DNA of 63,342 bases, filler included, from Octopus bimaculoides (taxonomy: Eukaryota): NCBI RefSeq assembly GCF_001194135.2. It is 6 parts of 6 records of this genome, joined end to end, with 100 filler letters (N's around TTAATTAATTAA, not from the genome) between each part and the next. Parts side by side here need not be neighbours in the genome. Positions count along the whole stretch, not along the records: positions 4,704 to 20,271 come from NC_068993.1; positions 20,372 to 50,201 come from NC_068981.1; 4 more parts are not named here. One strand, given 5' to 3'. Below the pieces are notes generated by a model. That model ran no database searches and had not been told where the DNA came from. It was given only the letters and a program-made list of their open reading frames with translations. Below, piece after piece: positions 12,681-24,320 of the stretch. Numbering within the stretch: position 1 is the first letter of the stretch; each line of letters begins with the position of its first letter. The position numbers were made by a program, and so were the translations under genes.

Positions 12681-12828
12681 TGGCTAGTCACAGTACTGGT
12701 AATGGCGAAGTAAATATAGCGAACAAGAAAGTACAACGATCAGAGAGCAAATATCGCGTTGGGTGGCCGGCTTCTGGATGATAAACTTGAAGGAGGGTGT
12801 GTGATTTGACTTGATTCCTGCAGGGAGA
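12681..12828 (-). other. Exon-like segment (148 bp), non-coding or stop-containing
   Basis: Minus strand: long T tract ..TGTCTTCTTCAG acceptor and CCA|GTAAGT donor; stops in all three frames. Confidence 0.35.
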
Positions 12829-13734
12829 CTGAAGAAGACAAACAGAAAAAAAAAAAAAAAAATACAAAATGGTGCTTCCATGTAATAAGAATTACTATTG
12901 CCTGGAAGCGAAGGGAGGTTTTCCTACGACAAAACTTCAAAAAGCCACGAATATAATGTATAATATTCTGTTTGTACAGTTTTCTTTTATATCTTGTCTT
13001 TTTATTGGAACAACTAGTAGGGTTCTTGTTATGTCTCAAGGGCTAAACATGTTTTTGATTTTTTTTTATATTTAAATATCTTTTTCTTTTCTTTTTTTTG
13101 CATGCATTAGTAATGAGCATTTGTAGTTTTGGTGGTGGTTATCTTAGATTTTTGTGTTCTTAACAACGGATGGCTCTTTGACTTGTACAGAGAAAAAAGT
13201 ACGTTTCTACATGTATGAATATACATATACATACATATATATATATATATGTATATATATATACATACATACATNNNNNNNNNNNNNNNNNNNNNNNNNN
13301 NNNNNNNNNNNNNNNNNNNNNNNNNNNNNNNNNNNNNNNNNNNNNNNNNNNNNNNNNNNNNNNNNNNNNNNNNNNNNNNNNNNNNNNNNNNNNNNNNNNN
13401 NNNNNATATATATATATATATATGTATATATTATTTGCTGGTATTTAGATGCTCATATCTGAGAGAAGGCACATGAAAGCTACCGCGATACGATAATGAA
13501 GAAACAGAACATGTGCATATGCGTTAGTGCGTTCGCGTGTATGCATGTGTGTGTTTGTGCGTTTTTGTGTCTGTGTGTGTGTGCGTGTGTGTAGCGTCTT
13601 TGCAGTTAAATGACGTTAAATGCTGTATGCCAGAGTTCTGTAACAAACTGTAGACAATGAATTTAGTTATTGTTATAAATTTTTAACACTTAAACGCATT
13701 GTCAGAGTAAATAGACAACTCGATAGGTGCGTCC

Positions 13735-13768
<34 letters not shown>

Positions 13769-13818
13769 AAAGAAAGAGAGAAAGAAATGGAGAGAGACAG
13801 AAGACCGATGTATATATA

Positions 13819-13855
<37 letters not shown>

Positions 13856-13871
13856 CAGTGTGTATGTGTGT

Positions 13872-14095
13872 GTGTGTCTTTGTGCCTCTGTTTGTCCTCC
13901 ATCATCGCTTGACCACCTGTGTTGGTATGTTCACGTCCGCATAATCTAGCGGTTCGGCAGAAGAATCCGATTGAATAAATACCAGGTTTCAAAGAAAACA
14001 AAATAAATATTACGGTCGATTCATTCGACTAAAAAATTCTTCAAGGCGGTGTACCAGCATGGCCGCATCCTAATGACTGAAACAATTAAAAAAAA
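13872..14095 (+). mobile_element. SINE family B tail half
   Basis: CATCGCTTGAC..TAGCGGTTCGGCA..AAGGCGGTGTACCAGCATGGCCGCA..TGACTGAAAC. Confidence 0.9.
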
Positions 14096-14298
14096 AACGA
14101 ACAATCAAAATAAAAAAATAAAAATTACATAATTTTAAATGCTCGTAACTTTTTAATTATTAATTTCGATATGCAAAAAAAGGAAAGGAAAAAAAGAGAA
14201 TGAATGTGATTTTCGTCATCGGCAGACAAAATTACTTCAGTGTAGAAAATATGAAAAAAAGACTTTCTCAGGATTTATTATCGCAGGAGTGGCTCATT

Positions 14299-14621
14299 GG
14301 CGCAGGAGTGACTGTGTGGTAAGAAGCTTGCTTACCAACAGCATGGTTCCGAGTTCAGTCCCTCTGCGTAGCACCTTGGGCAAGAGTCGTCTACTATAGC
14401 CTCGGGCCGACCAAAGTCTTGTGAGTGGATCTGGTAGATCCACCCACCATCGCTTGACAACTGATGTTGGTGCGTTTGCTTCCCCGTAAACTAACGGTTC
14501 GACAAAAGATACCGACAGACTAAGTATTAGGCTTATAAAGAATAAGCCCTGGGTCGATTTGTTCAACTAAAGGTGGTGCTCCAGCATGGCCGCAGTGAAA
14601 TGACTGAAACAAATAAAAGAG
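14299..14621 (+). mobile_element. SINE family B with internal deletion (no microsatellite)
   Basis: Head GGCGCAGGAGTGACTGTGTGGTAAG joined directly to tail half at ~14443. Confidence 0.92.
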
Positions 14622-15190
14622 TATATCTGGTTGGGTGACATATCCAGACCAATGCAAATTTTCCTTACCAGATGTCCTAGTCTTCCGTAGCCGTCTCTAC
14701 ATGCCTTGAGCCTGATGTCCAGTTGTCTTCCACAAGTTGACCTATATATGCCCTTCATGGTCTGCCGATATCTGTATGCCCATGCGTAATGAAATACTTC
14801 AAGTGGTTGGATGAAATTTAATAAGATACCCGCCGTTTTGTCATGGAATATTCCATTGAATATTTTGCCTTTTTTTTTTAGGCACGGCCAACCATAGTAT
14901 ACAAGCCAGTCCCACTCTGTACAACGCATACATTGCCTAAGAAGAACAAGTCTACGTCAGAGCACTAGTCTAAATTCCTAGGGAGAGACGTCCAAACAAA
15001 GACTTGATGTCTCTCATTCGCAGCTGTTGGATTGCTGTTGACTTTACAGAGTTCGTCTGCTCTTTGAAAGGTTTTGTTCCTCATCCTGCGGGATGTCCAA
15101 AGAAAACCACTCTTCTTACCAAGTAACTTTTGTAGGGTTGCCGATTTAGTCATTGATGGCCCGACCATGCAACAGGGCTACCAGTAGCAT
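14622..15190 (-). mobile_element. RTE-clade LINE 3' fragment (decayed)
   Basis: Minus-strand translation RRVVFFGH..RM and GRP*RAYIGQLVED..ETATED*DIW, typical of the RTE ORF C-terminus. Confidence 0.7.
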
Positions 15191-15944
15191 CAAGTGTGCC
15201 TTGGCATAATGTACATACACCCACAACACACACATTTCCAATGTGTTTGAGGTTATTTTCAAGCTTTGTATCAATGAAATTAAACAGATTTAAAAGCCAT
15301 AATAACGTCGTTTTAATTCAAGAGAGATTTGTTATTTTCTGTTTTCTTTTAAATTTTCAATCCCCGTGAGGGACTTTTCAAAAATTACTGCAGAGAGAGA
15401 AAGAAAGGAACGAAAAATACAGAAGGCATTCGTGTCTCCTTCACTATATTTCTCTCTCTTTCCCCTCCATCCCTCTCTCTTTCTCTCTCTTTCTCTCTCT
15501 TTCTCTCCACCTTCTGTCTCTTTCTTACTTTCTCTGTTCTCTAATAGTTCAAAAGACCTTACTGGCATCGAAAATGCTTAAAGAAATATGTTAATAAAAT
15601 ATCATTTAATAAAGGCCCGCATCGTTTTAGCTTCCAAATTAGTTATGTTTTATGAATCCAATGGTTGAAAATAACTTCAAATCCCACTTTACCACCAGTG
15701 GCATTTAGTTAGATAAGGCCATTGTGTATGACAATATTCAACAAACTGACAACTTTTAGCTCCTCTGATCAAAATGATTCGTAAACGTGAATTTGTCGTT
15801 AAACTGTCGTGAAGACTGTCATTTTTTTTTCTTGTTTGTAAGGACGCTGGAACCCCTCACATCAACTATACACACTTGTATCAAATTAATATAATTATGC
15901 GTATAACATTTATAAAATGTACATGGCTATGTTAAGAAAGTCAT

Positions 15945-16345
15945 TCTGCAACGACGTAGTTTTGGGGTCAGATCACCTTGGGTGAGTGTCTTCGACTATC
16001 GACCAATGCCTTGTAAATGAATTTGATAGACGGAAACTGTACGGGAGCCCGAGGTATATATGTATGTATACATGTGTATGTGTGTGTCTGTCTGTGTGTC
16101 TTTTGTGTGTGTGTGATCATATCTGTGTCTTTGTGTCTGTGTTAGTCACTCCCAGCACCACTTGACAACCTGTTGCTTTGCTTATGTCCTTGTAACCTTA
16201 CAGTTCAATAAAAGTGATCGATAGAATAATTACCCAACTTATAAAAAAAACCTACTTAAGTACTGAGATCAATTTTTTACGTCTAATATCCTTAAGGGCA
16301 GTATTCCAGTATGACCACAACCTAGTAACTAAACGGGGAAACGAA
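15945..16345 (+). mobile_element. Degenerate SINE family B
   Basis: CACCTTGGG..GTCTTCGACTAT..GACGGAAACTG, (TG) tract and decayed tail. Confidence 0.65.
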
Positions 16346-16761
16346 AAAATATGCGCTAGCTATGGAATTTAGTCTCAGAAAAACTTCGCAAAGATTCTAC
16401 AAAAATCTCTTTGTATAAACATTAGAAACAGTATTAGATTAAAATAACAATGAGCATGAAATTTGTAATCTATACACTAACATAGACCAGCGTGAGTTGT
16501 AAAATATTGTCTTAGAGAAACATCCCAAAGAGTTTATAAAATTCTCTTTGATAAGATTATTGTAACTAGTATCATTCTACCTTTGAATATACATTATAAA
16601 TGACAATATCTTTCTCTCTCTCTCTTTCTTTCTTTCTTTATTTCTTTCTTTCATTATTTCTTTCTTTCTTTCTTTCTTTCACTCTCTCTCCCTCCCTCTC
16701 TGTCTGTCTGTCTCTATATCTGTTTGTCTGTCTATCTCTAGCTATCCAACAATCTATATAT

Positions 16762-16899
16762 GTAGCTGTGTGGTAAGAGGCTTGCTTCCCAACCACATGG
16801 TTCCGAGTTCAGTCCCACTGCGTGGCACCTTGGACAAATGTCATCTACTACAGCCTCGGACAGGCCAAAGACTTGTGAGTGGATATATATCCTGTCGCA
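16762..16899 (+). mobile_element. SINE family B head half
   Basis: GCTGTGTGGTAAGAGGCTTGCTTCCCAACCACATGGTTCCGAGTTCAGTCCCACTGCG. Confidence 0.9.
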
Positions 16900-18187
16900 T
16901 ATATATATATATATATATAATTATTTATTATAATACAGGGTATCTAAGAGATACCGCCACGCTGAAAAATAGCAGTCAAAACCTGACTCTAAAATCACAA
17001 TAAATGTCCACATAGCACAAGGAGCGAAGACGAAGACAAAATAAACCAGTAAAAATAATAAGATAATTCCAGATCCCGGATTTCTGGCTTTGCATAAATA
17101 ATGCTTTGCCTTCATCGGTGGAATATACTCAAGCACATAAATACAAATATATGTATATAAACAGTATACTTACATATACGGACGTATACACACATATATA
17201 TGCACGTATGTACACGACTAGCTTAAATAGCCCGCCTAAAAACTCCTCGTGCGATACGGACAGAATATCAGCGCAGTAATACACTGACAAAACANNNNNN
17301 NNNNNNNNNNNNNNNNNNNNNNNNNNNNNNNNNNNNNNNNNNNNNNNNNNNNNNNNNNNNNNNNNNNNNNNNNNNNNNNNNNNNNNNNNNNNNNNNNNNN
17401 NNNNNNNNNNNNNNNNNNNNNNNNNNNNNNNNNNNNNNNNNNNNNNNNNNNNNNNNNNNNNNNNNNNNNNNNNNNNNNNNNNNNNNNNNNNNNNNNNNNN
17501 NNNNNNNNNNNNNNNNNNNNNNNNNNNNNNNNNNNNNNNNNNNNNNNNNNNNNNNNNNNNNNNNNNNNNNNNNNNNNNNNNNNNNNNNNNNNNNNNNNNN
17601 NNNNNNNNNNNNNNNNNNNNNNNNNNNNNNNNNNNNNNNNNNNNNNNNNNNNNNNNNNNNNNNNNNNNNNNNNNNNNNNNNNNNNNNNNNNNNNNNNNNN
17701 NNNNNNNNNNNNNNNNNNNNNNNNNNNNNNNNNNNNNNNNNNNNNNNNNNNNNNNNNNNNNNNNNNNNNNNNNNNNNNNNNNNNNNNNNNNNNNNNNNNN
17801 NNNNNNNNNNNNNNNNNNNNNNNNNNNNNNNNNNNNNNNNNNNNNNNNNNNNNNNNNNNNNNNNNNNNNNNNNNNNNNNNNNNNNNNNNNNNNNNNNNNN
17901 NNNNNNNNNNNNNNNNNNNNNNNNNNNNNNNNNNNNNNNNNNNNNNNNNNNNNNNNNNNNNNNNNNNNNNNNNNNNNNNNNNNNNNNNNNNNNNNNNNNN
18001 NNNNNNNNNNNNNNNNNNNNNNNNNNNNNNNNNNNNNNNNNNNNNNNNNNNNNNNNNNNNNNNNNNNNNNNNNNNNNNNNNNNNNNNNNNNNNNNNNNNN
18101 NNNNNNNNNNNNNNNNNNNNNNNNNNNNNNNNNNNNNNNNNNNNNNNNNNNNNNNNNNNNNNNNNNNNNNNNNNNNNNNNNNNNNNA

Positions 18188-18460
18188 TATATATATATAT
18201 ATATATATATATCTGTGTGTTTGTGTGTGAGTATGTGTATTTGTGTGCTTGTATGTTTGGCACCCACCACCGCTTGACAACTGGAATTTCTGTGTTTGCG
18301 TCCCCGTAATATAGCGGTTCTGCGAAAGAGATCCGATATAACAAGTACCAGGCTTAAAAAAATAAGTACGGGGGTCAATTCGTTCGACTAAAATTCTTGA
18401 AGGCGGTGCTCCAGCATTGCCGCAGATTGGTGACTTAAACAATGAAAAAAAAATTAAAGA
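18188..18460 (+). mobile_element. SINE family B tail half (head probably in gap)
   Basis: Microsatellite plus tail consensus. Confidence 0.88.
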
Positions 18461-18496
18461 ATAAAAAAATATAAAACAGTTGTTCCTTTTTTTATA

Positions 18497-18790
18497 TGTA
18501 TCTATATCTCGTTTTGCGACTTGTCCACACCAATACAACTCTTCCACACCTGATGTCCTGACTTTCCACAACAGTCTCTATACTCTCAACTTGATTTCTA
18601 GTGTTTTCCACAACTTGATCGATATATGCTTTTCTTGGTCTGTCGATACCTGTATGTCCATGCTTCAGAGGAGAACGTTGGAAATTTCGTCCTTTCTTCT
18701 CCAGTGGTGTCCTGCACAATTCACTGCTATAATAACGGATTATAGACAACGAACTCTGCGACGGCTGATTGGAAAGAAACATCCTCGTAC
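18497..18790 (-). mobile_element. RTE-clade LINE 3' fragment
   Basis: Minus-strand frames give CAGHHWRRKDEISNVLL and RPRKAYIDQVVENT; same family as 14622-15190. Confidence 0.75.
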
Positions 18791-19067
18791 CATTTTATTT
18801 TAAATATTTTTCACATGTCATTCGAACGCGTTCTTGCATGAGTGGATCTGTACGTTTCGTCTTATCTTTGTTGCACAGAGTGTGATAGAAATAAACCTCC
18901 CATATTTTTACACGGCCATTGGTGTGGCATTAGTGAAGTTAGGCAGCTAGTAATAGTGTCTTCATGTAGCTAATGCTTTACCATTTTCTTTCGGTTACCA
19001 TCATGGTTTGAACTGGTGCATAATGGATGTTTCTACGTATACATACATATATACATACATACATACA

Positions 19068-19098
<31 letters not shown>

Positions 19099-20047
19099 GT
19101 ATACACACACACACACTATATATATATATATATATATATATGTATCGTGTCCTAGGTATGACCTTAAATTTCATCTGGTAGTGGGGTTTAAGTTCGGGAG
19201 TTTCAGGGTTTTGGAGAGATTGGAACGATCTCGTAGCCACTATTGTGCCTGGGTCTAATCTGGCCCGGAGTAGTATCACCTGTCAGGGTACCAACCGTGG
19301 GTAGGTTAGTATATTAGGGCTTGCCTACCAATGCATGCAAAGGCCGGATCCGGCGAATTCTACTGAAGAAATTTTATGGTTCAACGGAATAGAGAGGCGG
19401 CTGTAGCAATGCAATGCGTTCCAGAGGGCAGAGAGTGAGGTAAGCAAGACGTGTTTGTCATCCACTGCATTCGTCTCCACCTGCAATCATCTTCACCTTG
19501 TTTTGCCACTGGATTGAAGAGGGTCACGAACGAAAGAGTGAGGTTAATGGTGCGCAAATCTTCTTCACTTTAAAACAACATCACCGCGCATGTCATCAAT
19601 TATCCTTAAAGATCACTGAATGTTCATCGTCGGTCTAACAGAAGAACATGTAGAAGATACATATGTACCTATAAGAAGTCAGACTTCTGGAATACTCTAC
19701 ATATATCTCACAGTTCTATTAATTTCTGAATTAGCCAGGATTTCGTTCTGGAAGCACGAATCTCATAACCTCAAGATTTAGTGTTAAGACACTTAGCTGC
19801 ATAACCAAGTTTCCTAACAATCACATGTATGAATCTATACTTATATTTCGGCTTTCATATCTACAGATTTCTGTCATGCAACTCATAGATTTTTCTCCTT
19901 TATCTTTTATCTGAAACATTCTGTTAACACCTGCAGGACAACTGATTTTCTCTAATGTCCACATTCTCTTCCTTCTCTGTTCTAGACCATTTATGGTGCT
20001 TTATATTTGTACATACAATACTCAGAATGATGTATCTATCCTATTTC

Positions 20048-20055
20048 ATACAGCT

Positions 20056-20120
<65 letters not shown>

Positions 20121-20193
20121 CATGTATGTATGTATGTATGTATGTATGTATCTATCTATCTATGTGTGTGTGTGAGAGCCTGTGTGAATGAAT

Positions 20194-20252
<59 letters not shown>

Positions 20253-20270
20253 AACTTTATATATATATAT
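20048..20270. repeat. (TATC)n-(TATG)n-(CA)n-(TA)n compound microsatellite
   Basis: Direct reading. Confidence 0.95.
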
Positions 20271-20371
20271 ANNNNNNNNNNNNNNNNNNNNNNNNNNNNN
20301 NNNNNNNNNNNNNNNTTAATTAATTAANNNNNNNNNNNNNNNNNNNNNNNNNNNNNNNNNNNNNNNNNNNN

Positions 20372-20640
20372 ACAACTGACGAACTTGTTGATATGACCGG
20401 TGTATCCTGGAGCTCCTGTAAACGAATTATGAGCAATGAACTGCTAATGAACAGAGCTGCAGCAAAATTTGTGCCTCGCTTGCGCAAAAGCAGTCACGAC
20501 TGAATGCGTGCCGGGAACTTAAAGAACAGTTGAAAGCTGATCCAGACTTGTTTTCGAAAGTCATCACTGGTGACGAAAGCTGGTGCCTCGGAATTTGCAG
20601 ATGTGGAAGAGGTGAAGAAAAAATCGACGCAGACGTTAAA
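20372..20640 (+). mobile_element. mariner transposase fragment (linker and first catalytic D)
   Basis: Translates to AAKFVPRL and DPDLFSKVITGDESWC, matching the WVP(H/R)L and TGDE(S/T)W motifs of mariners. Confidence 0.85.
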
Positions 20641-20729
20641 AGGCGTTTGTGCGTGCGCGTATGTGTGTGTATATGTGCGCGTGAGTTTGTGTGTGCGCAT
20701 GCATGTGTGTATGTGAGTGGAGAGACAGT

Positions 20730-20760
<31 letters not shown>

Positions 20761-21178
20761 GTTCAAAGAGGCTTCAAAGAAGCTTCTGCAGAGTTTCTCT
20801 ACTGTCATCTAAATAGCTTGAGTAAGTTCAAGGCTATGGTAAAAGGTACTTGCTTCAAAGTGACATGCAGCAGGATCGAAACTGGAATCTTCTGGTTGCT
20901 AAACAATGGTCTTAGTTAAAACTCCATGCCTGCTTACGTCAGAACTTTTTGTCAACGATTCAGTGGAATTAAGAGATGTGTAGTTGCGTTGCTTTATTAT
21001 TGTTGTACTTCAATCGTGGCAGATCATCTGCATAGGAAAAATATGAAGTATACTTAAATTTAAGAAGATCGTTGCTCACTTGAGTTGAGAGTTGACTAGG
21101 TATGACAATAAGCTCCACAAGAGATCAAAGACAGTGCCAATTAGTTGGCATTATAAATACATACATACATTCAGGCAT

Positions 21179-21230
<52 letters not shown>

Positions 21231-21639
21231 ACACGCATACACATATATATATGCAACTATAGTTATATACGTATAAATTATGTAAATGTATGCCGAACAC
21301 TATAGACATATATACATATATATGTATATATATATATATATATATATGTTTTCTGTGTGCGTGTATCTGTATATGCGCATGCATGTGTGTGTGTTTGTGT
21401 GAATGTGGCATTATCGTAATTCCTCGCTTCTCATGAATAAGCTGAACGAAGTGTTTAGAATTATAAAGAATTGAAACTTTAGCTAACTACAACTATTCAA
21501 TACAACCATTTTTGTAGCAGACTCTCAGATGATTTCAGTTTGAGTGTAGCGCACCTGAATAATTTAATCCTCCAACCGATTTAACACTTTCACCTGACCC
21601 TGCATTTTCGGGACGGAGGCCTGGGTTCTGGAGGAAGAA

Positions 21640-21990
21640 GCTGTGCACATAGTCCTCATACTCTTACAGAGTGGTAACATCATTGTGAAAAGGTTCCTCT
21701 TATACAGTTGCAAGTCAACACTTTATAAAAAAAACGCAGAGAAGGAGTTCTAGATAGCCAACATCACTGAAGAGGAAGGACTGGTTGTATAGGTTACTGT
21801 GTGCCATAGTGTGGACAACATTAAGTTTGACGGGGATGGGATTGGGGTGAGTGAGCAGCAGATGCTTGAGTGAAATGTTATAAGACCAACCAGCTCTGAA
21901 GAGTAGAAGCCATTGTAGTTCCAGTAGAAAAGGCGAAGATGGAAGACAACTAAACTGAGGGTCAAGTGTCGAAAATGTGATTTTTTTCTC
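21640..21990 (-). mobile_element. CR1-like LINE 3' fragment (decayed)
   Basis: LFYWNYNGFYSSEL and ..NLYNQSF.. resemble the CR1-type ORF2 C-terminus (LFYRYY.G.CSSEL..RT..Y..SF). Confidence 0.5.
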
Positions 21991-22191
21991 ATTTGTTGCT
22001 TCATCGTCATATACATGAAAAGAGGTACTTCTTTTTTTTTTTTTTTTTCAAAATTTCAAAAGCGGTAAATAAAAGTTGTTGAGGAAGGAACAGAGCTACG
22101 AAAAGCAATAAAACATTACGATAAAAATATTTTACTTGTTATTTCAATTAACATTTGAAAGAAGCGGACGAGTTTTTCTGACAACTTAGTA

Positions 22192-23030
22192 TACGAGGTG
22201 GTATCAAAACGTTCCCGGACGAGCTCTTTAGCGCGCCAGCAGATGACAGCACACGGTTGAGTGTGCAGTGAGAGCCAGCCTGACCTTCATGAGGCAGTGT
22301 GCCGAGTGACATTGCTGTGCTTGCTTCGCAAGTTGTGAAATTTGTGTTTTTGTGATCACATGTATGCTGCAGTCTGTGAATTTGTTATGGACAGGAACAA
22401 AGAGCCAACGTGAAATTTTGCGTTAAACTTGGGAAGTTTGCTACAAAGAAATTGAGCATGCATCGGCAAGCTTACGGTGACGAGACAATGGGCTGTATGC
22501 AATGTTTTGAGTAGCACGGATGGTTCAAAAGCGGAAGAACGTCCGTGGAAGACGATGAGCGATCTGGAAGTTCTGCCACAAGCGTCACCTTAAAAATTCA
22601 TCAGCTTGTGTATGAAGATCGTCGGAGGACAATCAATGGCGTTTTGAAGCGTTTGAAGAAGGACATCCGGCGAAAGCGACCGGATCAGTGGAGTGCGAAG
22701 AATCGAATTCTTCACGACGACAATGCACTTTGTCACCGAGCTCTCCTCACTCGTGAGTTTCTTGCCAAAATCAACATGGTATTGTTTCCGCATCCGTCCT
22801 ATTCGTCAGATATAATACCTGCGGACTTCCATCTTATCCCCAAGACGAAAATGCGACTCAAAGGTAACCGTTTTAACACCGTTGTCGAGATGAAGAGCGA
22901 ATTGTAGAAGGTCTTCGACTCGCTTACGGAAAACGACTTCCAGACTGAATTCCAAAAGTGGCTGGAACCCTGAGACCGGTGTATTACGGTGCAAGGTGAT
23001 TATTCCACATTGAGTGGAAACAATTGTAGT
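22192..23030 (+). mobile_element. Internally deleted mariner element
   Basis: 5' TIR-like TA|CGAGGTGGTATCAAAACGTTCC; EDDERSG, LHDDNALCH and PHPSYSSDIIPADFHL motifs; stops and an internal deletion. Confidence 0.88.
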
Positions 23031-23374
23031 GATTAAAAAATAACTATCCAACTGCAGCAGCACTGAGTTGCTACTAATTTAAGCTTCAGAGAGCCAGTTA
23101 ATAGTATTAAACCGGAGGCTGGATTAAGTCTGACAAGTACAGTCCACCATTTTCATATTCAGACATGGTTGCAATTGCCACTTGGTATTTGTTTAAATTA
23201 CACTCGAAGCGAAGATAATTTTGGTAACCAGTAGACATATCTTTCTCCTTATACATAATACATTAAAGTATACCACTCATCGCGCGCGCGCGCATTCACG
23301 CATGCACAAGTGGGCACACATACATACAGACATACATACATACAGACATACATACATACAGACATACATACATA

Positions 23375-23578
23375 CGAGGGGGTTCTGAAAAATTCCTGAC
23401 TTTAAGGGTATCGCGAAAGGCCTAGTTAGAGGCCCAACCTTCCGAGCTCTTTTGCAGGGCGTAGGAAAATTGAAGAACCGCTGCAATAAGTGTGTGAATC
23501 TGAGAGGAGAATATGTTGAATAAAATTATAATTACAGATCCTCCTGTATTTTCTTTTACCCAAAGCCAGGAACTTTCG
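23375..23578 (+). mobile_element. Mini-mariner (204 bp deletion derivative) in TA of (TACA)n
   Basis: TA|CGAGGGGGTTCTGAAAAATTCCTGACTTT left end, AAAGCCAGGAACTTTCG|TA right end; encodes transposase C-terminus KLKNRCNKCVNLRGEYVE*. Confidence 0.85.
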
Positions 23579-23647
23579 TACATACATACATACATACATA
23601 CATACATACATACATACATACATACATACATACATACAAACATACAC

Positions 23648-24320
23648 CGTATCACTGGAACTATAAAAATCTGTAAAAGTTTCCAGAGGCTTAAGTATAT
23701 ATGAGCATGTCTAGATATGCAACTATATGCATACATACATAAAACAAAGCATACAAATCTGCACCGATACACACATAAATACATACATACCTCCATGCAT
23801 GTATGCATACATACATACATACATACATTGGGATATGTAACAAACTGCCTCAACAAAAACCTGGAAAAATTAGGGTTCTCAAAACCTGAAAGAAAAAGGC
23901 TGATTAGAAGACTACAGATTCAAGCCATCAATGGAACTGTAAAGATATGTAAAACTTTCCAATAATTTAGCACATAAATACATATGCATGCATCTAGACA
24001 TAAAAACGCATCCATAAAACAAACATACAAATCTGCGCATACACTAACACCAAATACTGCACACACACACACACACATATGCACAAATACCTAGATGATG
24101 TTGATAAAAATTCCAATGAAGGAGCCTTGAATCTATGTTAGAGTCCGGCTCTTTCTCTATGGACAAGAAATACAGAAATGAAACTGATTGATAACATACA
24201 TACATACATACATACATATCCTGTTGATGTTCTTGAAATTCCAATGAAGAAGCTTTAGATCCAGGCTAGAATTCGACTCTTTGTCTATTGGCAAGAAATC
24301 TTGGAATTAAGCTGAACAAT
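23648..24320 (+). mobile_element. Tandem 5'-truncated 3' ends of an REL-type (R4/Dong-like) LINE, family T
   Basis: ITGTIKICKSFQ (23648-) and LGYVTNCLNKNLEKLGFSKPERKRLIRRLQIQAINGTVKICKTFQ* (23828-), then duplicated 3'UTR blocks; homologous to 48253-49070 and 53565-54180. Confidence 0.75.

Noticed and set aside
23281-23292. (CG)6 potential Z-DNA
   Set aside because: Part of an ordinary purine-pyrimidine microsatellite; such tracts are ubiquitous here.
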